DNA of 44,127 nucleotides from Neisseriaceae bacterium (GCA_017518845.1 JAFWTP010000098.1:1-44127), one strand, 5' to 3'; shown: positions 28,408 through 38,239, counted from the stretch's first letter. Program-made: numbers and translations. The notes: a model not told the origin generated them from the letters alone.

Positions 28408-28755
28408 GGGACTTGCAAAAAATATCGTTCAGGCTGCCTGAAACAGAGTTCAACGAGTTGTGCGTGAAGTTAAAAAAGTTTAGCGGACAATGATATTTCC
28501 CAAAATTGAAAAATAAGCAAACAGTCGGTTTTATTTATTTAACAAACGGATTTGTTCGCATCTAACGATACTCACGATATTTTTATAAGTAATAGAAAAT
28601 TCAGGCGAAATCCGTTAGGATTGAGCAAATCCGTTTGTTTATTTTAAAAATAAAAATGGAGTATCAAAAACGATTTGAATTTTGTTCAAAGATGACTTTC
28701 AGGCTGCCTGAAATTTTAATTTTTATAAATACCCTAATTTTTACGAAAGAATGCC

Positions 28756-28783
28756 TTGACAATTTGATACGCTGCTGTATAAT
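28756..28783 (+). promoter_or_regulatory. Consensus sigma70 promoter of tRNA-Gly
   Basis: TTGACA (28756-28761), a 16-nt spacer, then TATAAT (28778-28783). The tRNA starts at 28803. Confidence 0.7.
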
Positions 28784-28802
28784 CTCGATTTCTTTCGCGA
28801 TT

Positions 28803-28878
28803 GCGGGAATAGCTCAGTTGGTAGAGCGCAACCTTGCCAAGGTTGAGGTCGCGAGTTCGAGACTCGTTTCCCGCTCCA
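28803..28878 (+). tRNA. tRNA-Gly (anticodon GCC)
   Basis: GCGGGAATAGCTCAGTTGGTAGAGCGCAACCTTGCCAAGGTTGAGGTCGCGAGTTCGAGACTCGTTTCCCGCTCCA. It folds as a cloverleaf with anticodon loop CTTGCCAAG and an encoded CCA. Confidence 0.97.
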
Positions 28879-28914
28879 TTCATTCTTTCTTTTACTTCCC
28901 ATAAGGTTACAAAT

Positions 28915-29610
28915 ATGAGCAATCAAAATATGACCGATTACACACAAATCGGGCAAAGCGTTTCTACGCAAGAAGTAATATTAAGCAAAACCTACAAACT
29001 GTTAGCTCTGTCGTTTTTACCGTGTGCCGCTGGGGCAGTGGTGGGTATGTTTTTTAACCCATTTTTAACGCTGCTTGCCACAAACTTTTGGGTAGGCATC
29101 ATTGCCTTTTTTGCCTTTTTCTACGGCATGTGTTGGGCGATTGAGAAAAACCGTTACAGCAATGTGGGCGTGGCTCTCTTAATGGTTTTCACTTTTGGTA
29201 TGGGCATGATGCTTACACCAGTTTTGGCAATCGCCATGCAAGGCGGTTCTGGCGGTAAATTAGTGGCGACTGCCGCTCTCATGACTGCCGCTATTTTCTT
29301 TGCTATGGCGGCTATGGCACGCCGTGCAAACATTAACACGCTTGCTTTGGGCAATTTTTTAGCCATCGGTGCGATTGTGCTGATGATAGGCGTTGTGGCT
29401 AATTTGTTCTTACAATTATCCGTCTTGTCTTTGGCATTAGCAGGTTTGTTTGTGATTTTCAGTTCTCTGTTAATTATGTGGCAAGTGCGAAATGTGATTG
29501 AAGGTGGCGAAGACAGCCATATTAGTGCGGCTTTAACAATCTTTATCGCCATTTACAACCTATTTACCAGTCTGTTGCGTATTTTAATGGCTTTGTCTGG
29601 TAATGATTAA
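28915..29610 (+). CDS. Bax inhibitor-1 / YccA family membrane protein
   Basis: 231 aa with seven hydrophobic segments and a family-typical C-terminus. The start is moved to MSNQNM (ATG 28915) so it does not overlap the tRNA. Confidence 0.8.
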   Translation: MSNQNMTDYTQIGQSVSTQEVILSKTYKLLALSFLPCAAGAVVGMFFNPFLTLLATNFWVGIIAFFAFFYGMCWAIEKNRYSNVGVALLMVFTFGMGMMLTPVLAIAMQGGSGGKLVATAALMTAAIFFAMAAMARRANINTLALGNFLAIGAIVLMIGVVANLFLQLSVLSLALAGLFVIFSSLLIMWQVRNVIEGGEDSHISAALTIFIAIYNLFTSLLRILMALSGND

Positions 29611-29619
29611 CTGATTGTT

Positions 29620-29717
29620 TGATAGTCAATTCATACCAAAACCATACAGCGTTGGTTCGCCTTATACTGTCTGCGGCTCACCGCCTTGTCTGCTTTGGGT
29701 CTGAATTGACTATATAG
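29620..29717. mobile_element. Correia-like repeat-enclosed element (short form)
   Basis: ATAGTCAATTCATACCAAAACCATACAGCGTTGGTTCGCCTTATACTGTCTGCGGCTCACCGCCTTGTCTGCTTTGGGTCTGAATTGACTATATA parallels both arms of the Neisseria Correia consensus. Confidence 0.8.
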
Positions 29718-29750
29718 AAAAACGCCGTTTGATAATGCGGCGTTTTTTTT
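29718..29750. terminator. Bidirectional intrinsic terminator between the BI-1 gene and recQ
   Basis: AAAAACGCCG-tttgataatg-CGGCGTTTTTTTT. Confidence 0.75.
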
Positions 29751-29763
29751 ATGGGATTATTTT

Positions 29764-31593
29764 TCAGGCAGCCTGAATATTTTTAAACTGTCTGCAAATT
29801 TCCATAATTTCTTCGCCAAACGCATTGATTTTAGCGTCGCCCAAGCCGTAGATTTGGTGTAGTTCAAAAGCGGTTGTAGGCATATGTTCCACTAATTGTG
29901 CGAGTGTTTTGTCGCTGAAAATCACAAAAGCAGGCACTTCTTTTTCTTCGGCGGTTTGTCGCCGCCAGTGTCGCAGGGCGTGCATCAATTTTTCTTGCCG
30001 TTCGGTGAAAAAGGCGGTTGGTGTGTCTTTGAATTTGTGTTTTTCATACGGTAAATGCAGTTTAACTGTTTGTTTTCCTTGCAAAATTTCTTTGGCTATC
30101 GGCATTAGGTATAGGGCTAATTGTTGGGGCGATATGTTCAGGTAGCCTTGTGCGATACATTGACGCACAATCGATCGCCATTGTCGCTCGCTGTATTCGC
30201 GTCCTATGCCAAATACCGATAAGCCTTGATAAGGTGCTATTTCAGGGGTGATTTTGCCACGCAAAATGTCGATAATTTGACCGACATTTAAGCGTTGTTG
30301 GCTGCGATAAACGGCAGACAGTAATTTCTGCACTGGCACGGTTGCGTCAAATAGGGATGGCGGTTGTAGGCAGTTGTCGCAGTTGCCGCAATGGGCGTTT
30401 AAGTCGTGTTGTTCGCCCAAACAGGAAAGTAAATAATGCCGCCTGCAATTTGTGGTTTCGCAAAAGGCGAGCATTTGGGCTAACTTTATGTGTTCGATAT
30501 TTTTCTGCTCGGTTGATGCATTGCTGTCTTCTATGCGTTGTCGTAACAGCACCCAGTCGTTTAAGCCATGACATAGCCAACTGATGGCAGGCTGCCCATC
30601 TCGTCCTGCACGCCCTGATTCTTGGTAAAAGCGTTCAATAGACGGCGGCATATCCAAATGTGCCACAAAACGCACATCGGGCTTGTCTATGCCCATACCA
30701 AAGTCAACTGTGGCAACCATAACAATGCCGTTATCTAGCGAAAATCGCCGTTGATTTTTTTGTCTGTCTTCGGCACTCATGCCTGCGTGATAGGGTAAGG
30801 CGTTGATTTTTTCTTCGCATAAAAAGGCGGCAATGTTTTCGACTTTTTTACGCGATAAGCAATACACAATGCCGCTGGCGTTTTTGCCTTGTGATTGAAT
30901 AAATTTTAACAGTTGTTTTTTGCCATTGTTTTTTTCGACTACGCGATAGGAAATGTTTGCTCGATTAAATGGGGCGATAAAAATTTGTGGGTTTTGTAAA
31001 TATAAATAATGCAGAATATCGTCCCGTGTACGCAGATCTGCGGTGGCAGTGAGTGCAATCGTGGGAATGTTGTGAAAACGCGTGGTTAAAACCGATAGGC
31101 GGCGATATTCGGGGCGAAAATCGTGTCCCCACTGGCTGACGCAATGGGCTTCGTCAATGGCAATGAGACTGATGTTAATTTGGCTAATAAATTGCAGAAA
31201 TCGTTGTGTAACCGCGCGTTCTGGGGCGATATACAACAGTTTCAGGCTGCCTGAAAGCATATCATGAGCGATTTTTTTAACATTTTCAGGCGTTGTTCCG
31301 CTGTGTAATGCCGCCGCAGAAACCCCTGCCAAACGCAAAGCGGCAACCTGATCGTCCATTAGGGCAATCAGGGGCGAAATGACAATCGTCAAACCGTCAT
31401 TCAATAAAGCAGGAATTTGATAACACATTGATTTTCCTGCACCTGTGGGCATTAACGCCAAAACACTGCGTTTTTGCAACAGTGCAGTGATAATTTCCAC
31501 TTGAAAGGGGCGAAAATCCGTATAACCAAACACTTCGTGTAGTAAAATATGGGCTGACGATAACATATTCAGCGAATTGCTTGCGGTATCCAT
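29764..31593 (-). CDS. recQ: ATP-dependent DNA helicase RecQ
   Basis: 609 aa with Walker A PTGAGKS, the DEAH box (IAIDEAHCVSQWGHDFRPEY), a Zn-binding Cys cluster (CRRH...CGNCDNC) and a C-terminal HRDC-like region. The last codons and the stop lie inside an uptake sequence. Confidence 0.93.
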   Translation of the reverse strand: MDTASNSLNMLSSAHILLHEVFGYTDFRPFQVEIITALLQKRSVLALMPTGAGKSMCYQIPALLNDGLTIVISPLIALMDDQVAALRLAGVSAAALHSGTTPENVKKIAHDMLSGSLKLLYIAPERAVTQRFLQFISQINISLIAIDEAHCVSQWGHDFRPEYRRLSVLTTRFHNIPTIALTATADLRTRDDILHYLYLQNPQIFIAPFNRANISYRVVEKNNGKKQLLKFIQSQGKNASGIVYCLSRKKVENIAAFLCEEKINALPYHAGMSAEDRQKNQRRFSLDNGIVMVATVDFGMGIDKPDVRFVAHLDMPPSIERFYQESGRAGRDGQPAISWLCHGLNDWVLLRQRIEDSNASTEQKNIEHIKLAQMLAFCETTNCRRHYLLSCLGEQHDLNAHCGNCDNCLQPPSLFDATVPVQKLLSAVYRSQQRLNVGQIIDILRGKITPEIAPYQGLSVFGIGREYSERQWRSIVRQCIAQGYLNISPQQLALYLMPIAKEILQGKQTVKLHLPYEKHKFKDTPTAFFTERQEKLMHALRHWRRQTAEEKEVPAFVIFSDKTLAQLVEHMPTTAFELHQIYGLGDAKINAFGEEIMEICRQFKNIQAA

Positions 31594-31654
31594 ATCGTTA
31601 TTGTAACCGCTTTACGCGTCATTTTAATTTTTAAAACAGACAAGGATAGAATAA

Positions 31655-32071
31655 ATGAAAAAACACAACCCAAAACTGTTAGGCATAAGCATTGCCCTGA
31701 TTTTAACCGCTTGTGCCACACAACAGGCTGGTCAATGGCAACAAATTGGCACCACAGAACAAGGCAGTGTGGCGTATTCTGTGGATAAAAGCAGCATTCA
31801 ACGCAATGGTCAGAAAGTTACTTTCAAAAGCCAAGCCAAGTATTTGAAAGTCAATCAATTACCAACCAATTTACCCACACATTCTGCTGCCATTACCACT
31901 TGGGAAATGAATTGCGATTCGGGCGTATATCGTCCCTTGCATACTCAATTAGTGGATAGCAACGGCAAAGTTGTGTATAGCAGTGAAATTACACAACAAG
32001 ATTTTCAACCCGCTCCAAGTCGTGAAACCGCAATGTATCGTCAGCGGCAAGTGGTGTGTAAAGGAAAATAA
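31655..32071 (+). CDS. Lipoprotein, possibly surface-adhesin protein E-like
   Basis: Lipobox LTAC. The pattern Y.VDKSSI...GQKV.F......MNCDSG.YR......D..G......VVC is reminiscent of Haemophilus protein E. Confidence 0.5.
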   Translation: MKKHNPKLLGISIALILTACATQQAGQWQQIGTTEQGSVAYSVDKSSIQRNGQKVTFKSQAKYLKVNQLPTNLPTHSAAITTWEMNCDSGVYRPLHTQLVDSNGKVVYSSEITQQDFQPAPSRETAMYRQRQVVCKGK

Positions 32072-32073
32072 AA

Positions 32074-32394
32074 ATGTTGCGTCAAATTATCATTACAACA
32101 CTCTTTGCAGGGAGCGTTACCGCACTTATGGCAGAAAATAACGCCGAGTTAATGTCGGCACAATTAGCCTATCGCAATGCGATGACGGCTTATACACAAC
32201 AAAAAGAAAGCGTTGCTGCATTACAAGCCAAAGCAGACGATTTAAACAATCGCATTGCAGGCTTACAAAGCGAACTGAAAACCACAGAAGAGCAATTAAC
32301 AAACGCGAAAACCAAACAAGCAGAAGCCGAACAAACACTCAAAACCACAGGCGAACGCTTGGACGCGGCGTGGGCGAATAGGAAGAAAAAATAA
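32074..32394 (+). CDS. Secreted coiled-coil protein
   Basis: Signal peptide followed by an about 80-aa heptad-rich helix. It starts 3 nt after the preceding stop. Confidence 0.55.
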   Translation: MLRQIIITTLFAGSVTALMAENNAELMSAQLAYRNAMTAYTQQKESVAALQAKADDLNNRIAGLQSELKTTEEQLTNAKTKQAEAEQTLKTTGERLDAAWANRKKK

Positions 32395-32498
32395 CCCTAA
32401 CTGTCATTGCGAGCCTTGCTGACGGCAAGGCGTACGCAATCTCCATACCACGGAGAACGAACCTTATTTTCAGTCAGCCTGAAATAAATCAGGAAAAT

Positions 32499-33017
32499 AT
32501 GATGCGTTGCTGCTTTTTTATTTTATGCTTATTGTTTTCGCAACACATTTATGCGGAACAAGTTTTCAGGCTGCCTGAACAATGTTTATTAGGTTCGTGG
32601 CAATCCGATAAAGAAAAAACGCTTGAATATAATTTGCCTGTTTGGGAGTGGTCAGAACAACATAATTTTGATCGTAAAATAACACCAAAGGGAAAAGAAG
32701 CACATCGTAATTCTTTTGGCAAAATGATTATTACTTTTGATAACGGAATAAGTTATATATCTTGGTCTGAACCATTTGTTGAAAATGAACCCATTCCAAA
32801 AACAGAAGTTTTTCCATATAAAATTGTTCAAGCGGGAAAAAATTTTTTAGTAAGTAAATCGGAAAATTCAAATCCACAGTACGGCACTTTTTTCTTTGAA
32901 AATGTTGATACTTATTACATAAGATGGACTAAAAAGAATTTGCGTAATAAAGCAGGGACAATGCGTGAATACTTTCGCCGCATAACACCTACACCCAAAG
33001 AGTGTGTTATGCCATAA
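32499..33017 (+). CDS. Secreted hypothetical protein
   Basis: Signal peptide ending IYA. An uptake sequence is embedded just after it (FRLPEQ). Confidence 0.5.
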   Translation: MMRCCFFILCLLFSQHIYAEQVFRLPEQCLLGSWQSDKEKTLEYNLPVWEWSEQHNFDRKITPKGKEAHRNSFGKMIITFDNGISYISWSEPFVENEPIPKTEVFPYKIVQAGKNFLVSKSENSNPQYGTFFFENVDTYYIRWTKKNLRNKAGTMREYFRRITPTPKECVMP

Positions 33018-33071
33018 TTCTCCCTTTCAGGCAGCCTGAAAGATAGAAAATATTTTTGCAAGGAAAATACA

Positions 33072-33497
33072 ATGACATTTATTGCCATCGCCATTGCCGC
33101 CATTATTTTGGGCGTGCTGGTTGCTTTATCGCTGACACTTCATCACCCAGTAGTGTGGGTTGCTACCGTTGTTTGGGCGGGTTTATTTTTTATTATTTTG
33201 CTGCCCAAATACCAAAACACCCAAGCCGCATTAGAAAAAGGGCAGGAAGTGATTGCGACTGTGCAGGAAGTTCGTCAATGGGACAGAAAAATCAATACAG
33301 ACGCAAGTGATTACATTAGAAAATACGAAATCATTGCCGTGTGGCAAAATCCACGCACAGGGCAACCTGTACAATTTGTCAGCGACCCAGTAGAAAAAGA
33401 CCCCAAGCCGTTTATTCAAAATAATCAGGTTAAAGTAAAAGTCAATTTAGATAATCCGACACAATATGTCATGGATTTATCGTTTATGCCAAAATGA
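33072..33497 (+). CDS. Membrane protein (two N-terminal TM helices plus a soluble beta-rich domain; possibly DUF3592-like)
   Basis: Hydrophobic segments are seen at residues about 3-25 and 28-45. The family assignment is tentative. Confidence 0.45.
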   Translation: MTFIAIAIAAIILGVLVALSLTLHHPVVWVATVVWAGLFFIILLPKYQNTQAALEKGQEVIATVQEVRQWDRKINTDASDYIRKYEIIAVWQNPRTGQPVQFVSDPVEKDPKPFIQNNQVKVKVNLDNPTQYVMDLSFMPK

Positions 33498-33582
33498 TGA
33501 AAACCGTTTCAGGCAGCCTGAAATGCTTTTATTTTGCCTTGATTTATGTTAGCATTTATTAACACTTTTTCTTGTATTAGCG

Positions 33583-33798
33583 ATGAAAAAACACCCCAAT
33601 AAACACATTCGCACGGCGATTGCGTTTGCACAAGCAAACGGCTGGGAAATGGTTTCTGCGGGCAAGTCGGCTCATGCGTTTTGTCGTTTGCGTTGTGTCA
33701 AAAAGCACGCCGAACACCAAATGAGTGTGTGGAGTACGCCCCGTAATCCAGAACTTCACGCCAAGCAGATTATGAGAAAAATCAAGGAATGTTTATGA
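33583..33798 (+). CDS. Small basic protein, candidate HicA-like toxin
   Basis: 71 aa. The pattern A..NGWE.VS.GKSAHAF.......H..SVWSTPRNPE.HAK.I.RKI resembles the HicA GW...G.SHH...P layout. It is translationally coupled to the next ORF. Confidence 0.35.
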   Translation: MKKHPNKHIRTAIAFAQANGWEMVSAGKSAHAFCRLRCVKKHAEHQMSVWSTPRNPELHAKQIMRKIKECL

Positions 33799-34229
33799 AT
33801 GTTTATCACTTTACTATTTTAATGCGTGATGCGGTTTATCAGGACGATTTGGAAGATAAACTGTTTGCCGCAGGCTTGGACGATGCTTTGTTATACAGCA
33901 AAAACAATGCGGTTTGCCTGATTTTCGACCGTGAAGCCGAAAACGCCAAACAAGCAGTTGAAACCGCAATGGCTCAAATTCGCAAGGCGGGTTTCACCGA
34001 TTTAATTTTGCAAGAAACAGGTTTTGTATCGTTGAGCGAAATTGCCAAACGCAGTGGCTTAACCCGTTCTGCCATTACGCAATATGCGTCAGGCAAGCGA
34101 GAAAGCAATTTTCCACGCCCGATGTTTATTACAGGCGATTCTGCCCTGTATTCTTGGCGTGAAACAGCACAATGGTTGTATCAACACGGTAAAATTTCGC
34201 AAAGTAAAGTGGAAATTGCAACACTGTAA
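33795..34229 (+). CDS. Candidate antitoxin with a C-terminal HTH
   Basis: The ATG at 33795 overlaps the upstream TGA (ATGA), with AAGGAA 5 nt upstream. The C-terminal HTH is SLSEIAKRSGLTRSAITQYASGKR. The track start 33789 is also possible. Confidence 0.4.
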   Translation: MNVYHFTILMRDAVYQDDLEDKLFAAGLDDALLYSKNNAVCLIFDREAENAKQAVETAMAQIRKAGFTDLILQETGFVSLSEIAKRSGLTRSAITQYASGKRESNFPRPMFITGDSALYSWRETAQWLYQHGKISQSKVEIATL

Positions 34230-34233
34230 CCTT

Positions 34234-34395
34234 TTCAGGCAGCCTGAAAAACCGCTCAAATGGGGCGGTTTATATTTTCAGGCAGCCTGAAAGCATTTTC
34301 TTGCTAAAAATAGCCTTTACAAACCCTATCAATAGCAGAAATTGTTTGTCAAAATATGGTAAATTTGCACCTTAATCTTTTTCAGGCAGCCTGAA
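34234..34395. repeat. Cluster of three palindromic uptake sequences (34234, 34277, 34381) upstream of hemL
   Basis: Three exact TTCAGGCAGCCTGAA copies lie within 162 bp. Confidence 0.85.
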
Positions 34396-34421
34396 ACTTA
34401 AATATATAGGAAAAAATCATT

Positions 34422-35711
34422 ATGACCAACCGTAACGAAACATTATTTGCAGAAGCCAAAAAATACATTCCAGGCGGTGTCAATTCGCCTGTACGGGCGT
34501 TTGGTAGTGTGGGCGGTGTGCCGCGTTTTATTCGCAGTGCCAAAGGGGCGTGCGTGTGGGACGAAGATGACCGCTGTTATATCGACTATATCGGCTCGTG
34601 GGGGCCTGCGATTGTCGGACATGCGCACCCCGAAGTGGTGAAAGCGGTTGCCAAAGCAGCGGAATCGGGCTTATCGTTTGGGGCTCCCACTGCGGGCGAA
34701 ATTGAAATCGCACAAGAAATTATCAAACTCGTGCCAAGTGTTGAACAAGTGCGTTTGGTGAGTTCAGGCACAGAAGCCATGATGAGTGCCATTCGCTTGG
34801 CTCGCGGTTTTACAGGACGCGATTTAATCATTAAATTTGAAGGCTGTTATCACGGTCATTCCGATAGCTTGTTGGTGAAAGCTGGTTCGGGCATGCTCAC
34901 CTTTGGCACGCCAAATTCGGGCGGTGTACCTGCCGATTTTACGCGGCATACCATGGTGTTGCCGTATAACGATTGTCAATCTTTGCAAAACGCATTCAAA
35001 CAACACGGCGACAAAATCGCCTGCGTGATTGTTGAACCGTTTGCGGGCAACATGAATTTGGTGCGTCCGACTCCCGAATTTATGCAATTACTGCGTACCA
35101 TTACCGCACATTACGGCACGGTGTTGATTTTTGATGAAGTGATGACGGGCTTTCGTGTGGCATTAGGCGGTGCACAATCGCTGCACAATATTACGCCTGA
35201 TTTAACCACTATGGGCAAAGTCATCGGCGGCGGTATGCCGTTGGCAGCATTTGGCGGACGAGCCGATATTATGGCGAAAATCTCACCATTAGGCGATGTC
35301 TATCAAGCAGGTACGCTTTCAGGCAACCCCGTTGCGGTTGCCGCAGGTTTGAAAACTTTGGAGTTAATTCAAAAAGAAGGCTTTTACGAAACTTTAAGCC
35401 AACGCACTTTTGAACTGACACAAGGCTGGCAAAAATTAGCCGAAAAACACGGCATTCAAATGCTGGCAGATTCTGTGGGCGGTATGTTTGGCATTTATTT
35501 TGGTTTGCATACATTGCCTGTTAATTATCAAGATATGCAAAAAGTGGATAACGACTTTTTCAAACGCTTTTTCCACGCCATGTTAGACGCAGGCATATCG
35601 CTTGCCCCATCGCCATTTGAAGCAGGTTTCGTTTCTGCGGCACACGATGAAGAATATATCCAAACCACTTTGGAAAGAACGGATAGGGTGTTGCAGGATT
35701 TGGCAAAATAA
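34422..35711 (+). CDS. hemL: Glutamate-1-semialdehyde 2,1-aminomutase
   Basis: 429 aa class III PLP aminotransferase with the N-terminus ...[13 protein letters not shown] and the PLP-lysine region TMGKVIGGG. Confidence 0.95.
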   Translation: MTNRNETLFAEAKKYIPGGVNSPVRAFGSVGGVPRFIRSAKGACVWDEDDRCYIDYIGSWGPAIVGHAHPEVVKAVAKAAESGLSFGAPTAGEIEIAQEIIKLVPSVEQVRLVSSGTEAMMSAIRLARGFTGRDLIIKFEGCYHGHSDSLLVKAGSGMLTFGTPNSGGVPADFTRHTMVLPYNDCQSLQNAFKQHGDKIACVIVEPFAGNMNLVRPTPEFMQLLRTITAHYGTVLIFDEVMTGFRVALGGAQSLHNITPDLTTMGKVIGGGMPLAAFGGRADIMAKISPLGDVYQAGTLSGNPVAVAAGLKTLELIQKEGFYETLSQRTFELTQGWQKLAEKHGIQMLADSVGGMFGIYFGLHTLPVNYQDMQKVDNDFFKRFFHAMLDAGISLAPSPFEAGFVSAAHDEEYIQTTLERTDRVLQDLAK

Positions 35712-35792
35712 TTAGGCAAAATCATTTTCAGGTTGCCTGAAAGACTTTTTCAGGCAGCCTGAAAAAATAATTTAATAAAAAAGGTAATAAAT

Positions 35793-36785
35793 ATGGAAAA
35801 AACCCCCAAACAACCCCCTATTTTATTTGTAGAAACACAACATACGATTAGTCAAATTGAAAAATTACTCAAAGCCCCACTGATTACTTATTACAATTCC
35901 AATGTTGGTAATGTTTGTGAAAATGATGCGATTGCCTTTTATCGATTGCTTAAAGGAAAAAAATTTAAATAACTTTATTTTTGTATCAAAAGTGATGGCG
36001 GAAGTGGCATTGCTGCATTAAAAATTGTTTCTATTTTGCGTACGCATTGTGATGAGTTAATTGTTTTAATTCCGTCAAATTGTGCTTCTGCTGCAACAAT
36101 GATGGCGTTAGGTGCTAATAAAATTATGATGAGTCCATTAGGTTATTTAACTTCTGTGGATACTTCTTTAACGCACGAATTATCTCCACGCACCAGAACC
36201 AATGATTTGGTGAGTGTGTCCATGAATGAATTAGATAGAGTTATTAAATTGTGGAAAGACAATGAAAAGTCAATAGATGAAAATCCATATAACACATTGT
36301 ATGAGTATATTCACCCTTTGGTTTTTGGTGCGGTTGATAGGGCAACCAGTTTATCTTTGAAAATTTGTAGCGAAATTCTGCAATACCACTATCAAGATGA
36401 AAATAAAATCAAATCAATTAGTGAAAAATTAAACAGTGCTTATCCAACGCATGACTATCCCATTTTATTGCGAGAAGCCAAAGAAATTGGACTGAATGTA
36501 GAAAAAATGGACGAGCATTTATGTGATATTTTAGACCGTCTGAATGAACTTTATGCAGAAATGGGGCAAAGAACTTTTACCGATTATGATCAAAATAATT
36601 ATCATGATAACAATATTGCCAATATTATCGAAATAAAGGGCTTGCAAGTTTATTATCAAATTGATAAGGATTGGTTTTATCGCACCGAAGAACAAAGGTG
36701 GATTGTTTTAAATGACGAAAGTTCTTGGCGTAAAAATGAATTTAATCAAAATAATACAGTAAAAAATTCTGTTATTTATGTCTAA
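35793..36785 (+). pseudogene. SDH-family (ClpP/SppA-fold) serine proteinase gene interrupted by an in-frame TAA
   Basis: The ATG at 35793 is in the same frame as the track ORF 36036-36785. A TAA at 35970-35972 separates MEKTP...LLKGKKFK from LYFCIKSDGGSGIAALKIV...PSNCASAATMMALGANKIMM, which are Clp-fold oxyanion and Ser motifs. The segment is visibly AT-rich. Confidence 0.6.
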
Positions 36786-36826
36786 TGATAACAAGTTCAG
36801 GCTGCCTGAAAAATTTTCCCTTCACC

Positions 36827-36864
36827 AAAAAAGACGGTTTTATTCAAAAACCGTCTTTTCTTTT
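36827..36864. terminator. Bidirectional intrinsic terminator between the protease pseudogene and adh
   Basis: AAAAAAGACGGTTTT-attc-AAAACCGTCTTTTCTTTT. Confidence 0.8.
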
Positions 36865-36889
36865 AACGCATTAAGTTTTCACTATGGGA

Positions 36890-37963
36890 TTAGTATTCCA
36901 ACATCACCTTAATGGCTTTGTGGTCTGCTGCTTTTTCAAACACTTTGTAGGCTTCTTCCATTTCGCTGAATTTGAAATGGTGGGTTGCCAATTTGCCTGG
37001 TTTCAATTTGCCAGAGCAGCAAGATTTGAGCAGCATTTCTGTGGTATTACAATTTACCAGACCTGTGGTTAAGGTCATGTTTTTAATCCACAATTTTTCG
37101 ATTTCAAAATTCACGGGTTGTCCATGAACGCCTACATTTGCCAAGCGACCGCCTTCTTTGATGATTTTTTGGCAAATATCGAATGTTGCAGGATAGCCCA
37201 CGGCTTCCATCGCACAATCCACACCGCGACCGCCCGTGATTTTCATCACTTCTTCCACAGCGTTGGTTTTGCCTGAATTAACGGTGTGAGTTGCACCCAA
37301 TTCTTTTGCCATAGCCAGACGGTTGTCGTCCAAGTCAATCATAATGATGGTGGCAGGAGAATAGAGTTGCGAAGTGAGCAATACAGACATACCCACAGGG
37401 CCAGCACCGATAATGGCGATGGTTTGACCTGGTTTTACACGACCATATTGCACGCCGATTTCATGACCTGTTGGCAGAATGTCAGACAGCAACACTGCGG
37501 TATCGGTGTCCAAATCTTCGGGCAATGGATATAAAGAATTGTCCGCCCAAGGAGTGCGAACATATTCAGCGTGTGTACCGTCAATCATGTAGCCCATAAT
37601 CCAACTACCGCCTTCGCTTTGGCAGTGTGCATACAGTTGTTTTTGGCAGTTTTCGCATTTGCCGCAGTGTGCGGTACAAGCGATGATGACTTTATCGCCT
37701 TTTTTCCAACGGGTAACAGCAGAGCCGACTTCTTCTACAACACCAATGCCTTCGTGTCCGAGAATACGACCTTTCCATTCACCTGTTTTTTCGCGAGCAA
37801 CTTGTTCGATTTCAGGATTTTTGCCGTGCCAAATGCCCAAATCAGTACCGCAAATGGTGGCTTTGGTCAGACGAATAATGGCGTCTGTGGGTTCGAGAAT
37901 GGTGGGATTGGGGCGTTCTTCAAAACGAATATCGCCTTTACCATAATATACCATAGCTTTCAT
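36890..37963 (-). CDS. Zinc-dependent NAD(P) alcohol dehydrogenase (MDR family)
   Basis: 357 aa with catalytic Zn ligands (CGTD, GHEGIG), a structural Zn cluster (CTAHCGKCENC) and the Rossmann motif GAGPVG. Confidence 0.88.
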   Translation of the reverse strand: MKAMVYYGKGDIRFEERPNPTILEPTDAIIRLTKATICGTDLGIWHGKNPEIEQVAREKTGEWKGRILGHEGIGVVEEVGSAVTRWKKGDKVIIACTAHCGKCENCQKQLYAHCQSEGGSWIMGYMIDGTHAEYVRTPWADNSLYPLPEDLDTDTAVLLSDILPTGHEIGVQYGRVKPGQTIAIIGAGPVGMSVLLTSQLYSPATIIMIDLDDNRLAMAKELGATHTVNSGKTNAVEEVMKITGGRGVDCAMEAVGYPATFDICQKIIKEGGRLANVGVHGQPVNFEIEKLWIKNMTLTTGLVNCNTTEMLLKSCCSGKLKPGKLATHHFKFSEMEEAYKVFEKAADHKAIKVMLEY

Positions 37964-38122
37964 GGATTTATCCTTTTCAAAGGGTTGAAAAAATTTCTGT
38001 GCAACCCAGCACAGTGCGAAATATTATACTCTTATGAAATACCTTTTTTCTCTTATTCCATATTGCATTGCGATATGTCAAAAAACGATATAAAAATTGA
38101 CAATATGGGCAGGAAAACAGCC

Positions 38123-38239
38123 GTAGGGTGGGCAACTTTGTTGCCCCACGCGTTAAATGAACGATGATTGATTGTTTATTTTTTCAGGCAGTCTGAAAAA
38201 TATGGGTAAAACGCGTGGGCAATAAATTGCCCACCCTAC
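38123..38239. mobile_element. About 115-bp MITE with a central (degenerate) uptake sequence
   Basis: GTAGGGTGGGCAAC...arm, TTCAGGCAGTCTGAA, then ...TTGCCCACCCTAC arm. The right arm overlaps the waaF stop codon. Confidence 0.6.

Noticed and set aside
28803-29717. tRNA-Gly as an integration site for a genomic island or prophage
   Set aside because: No integrase, no duplicated tRNA 3' end and no phage genes follow. The next gene is a BI-1/YccA housekeeping membrane protein, followed by a Correia-like element.
36036-36785. 249-aa ORF as an intact gene starting at TTG 36036
   Set aside because: The same frame continues upstream through the Clp-fold GGSG motif to an ATG with the expected N-terminus. 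Only one TAA interrupts it. The TTG start would remove part of the catalytic fold, so I call the whole region a pseudogene or a sequencing artefact.
37571-38167. 198-aa ORF antisense to the alcohol dehydrogenase gene. Similar antisense ORFs occur inside argS, hemL, recQ, dnaX and the WG-repeat genes.
   Set aside because: These are shadow ORFs on the opposite strand of well-supported genes. They are low-complexity, have no RBS and show no recognisable motifs.
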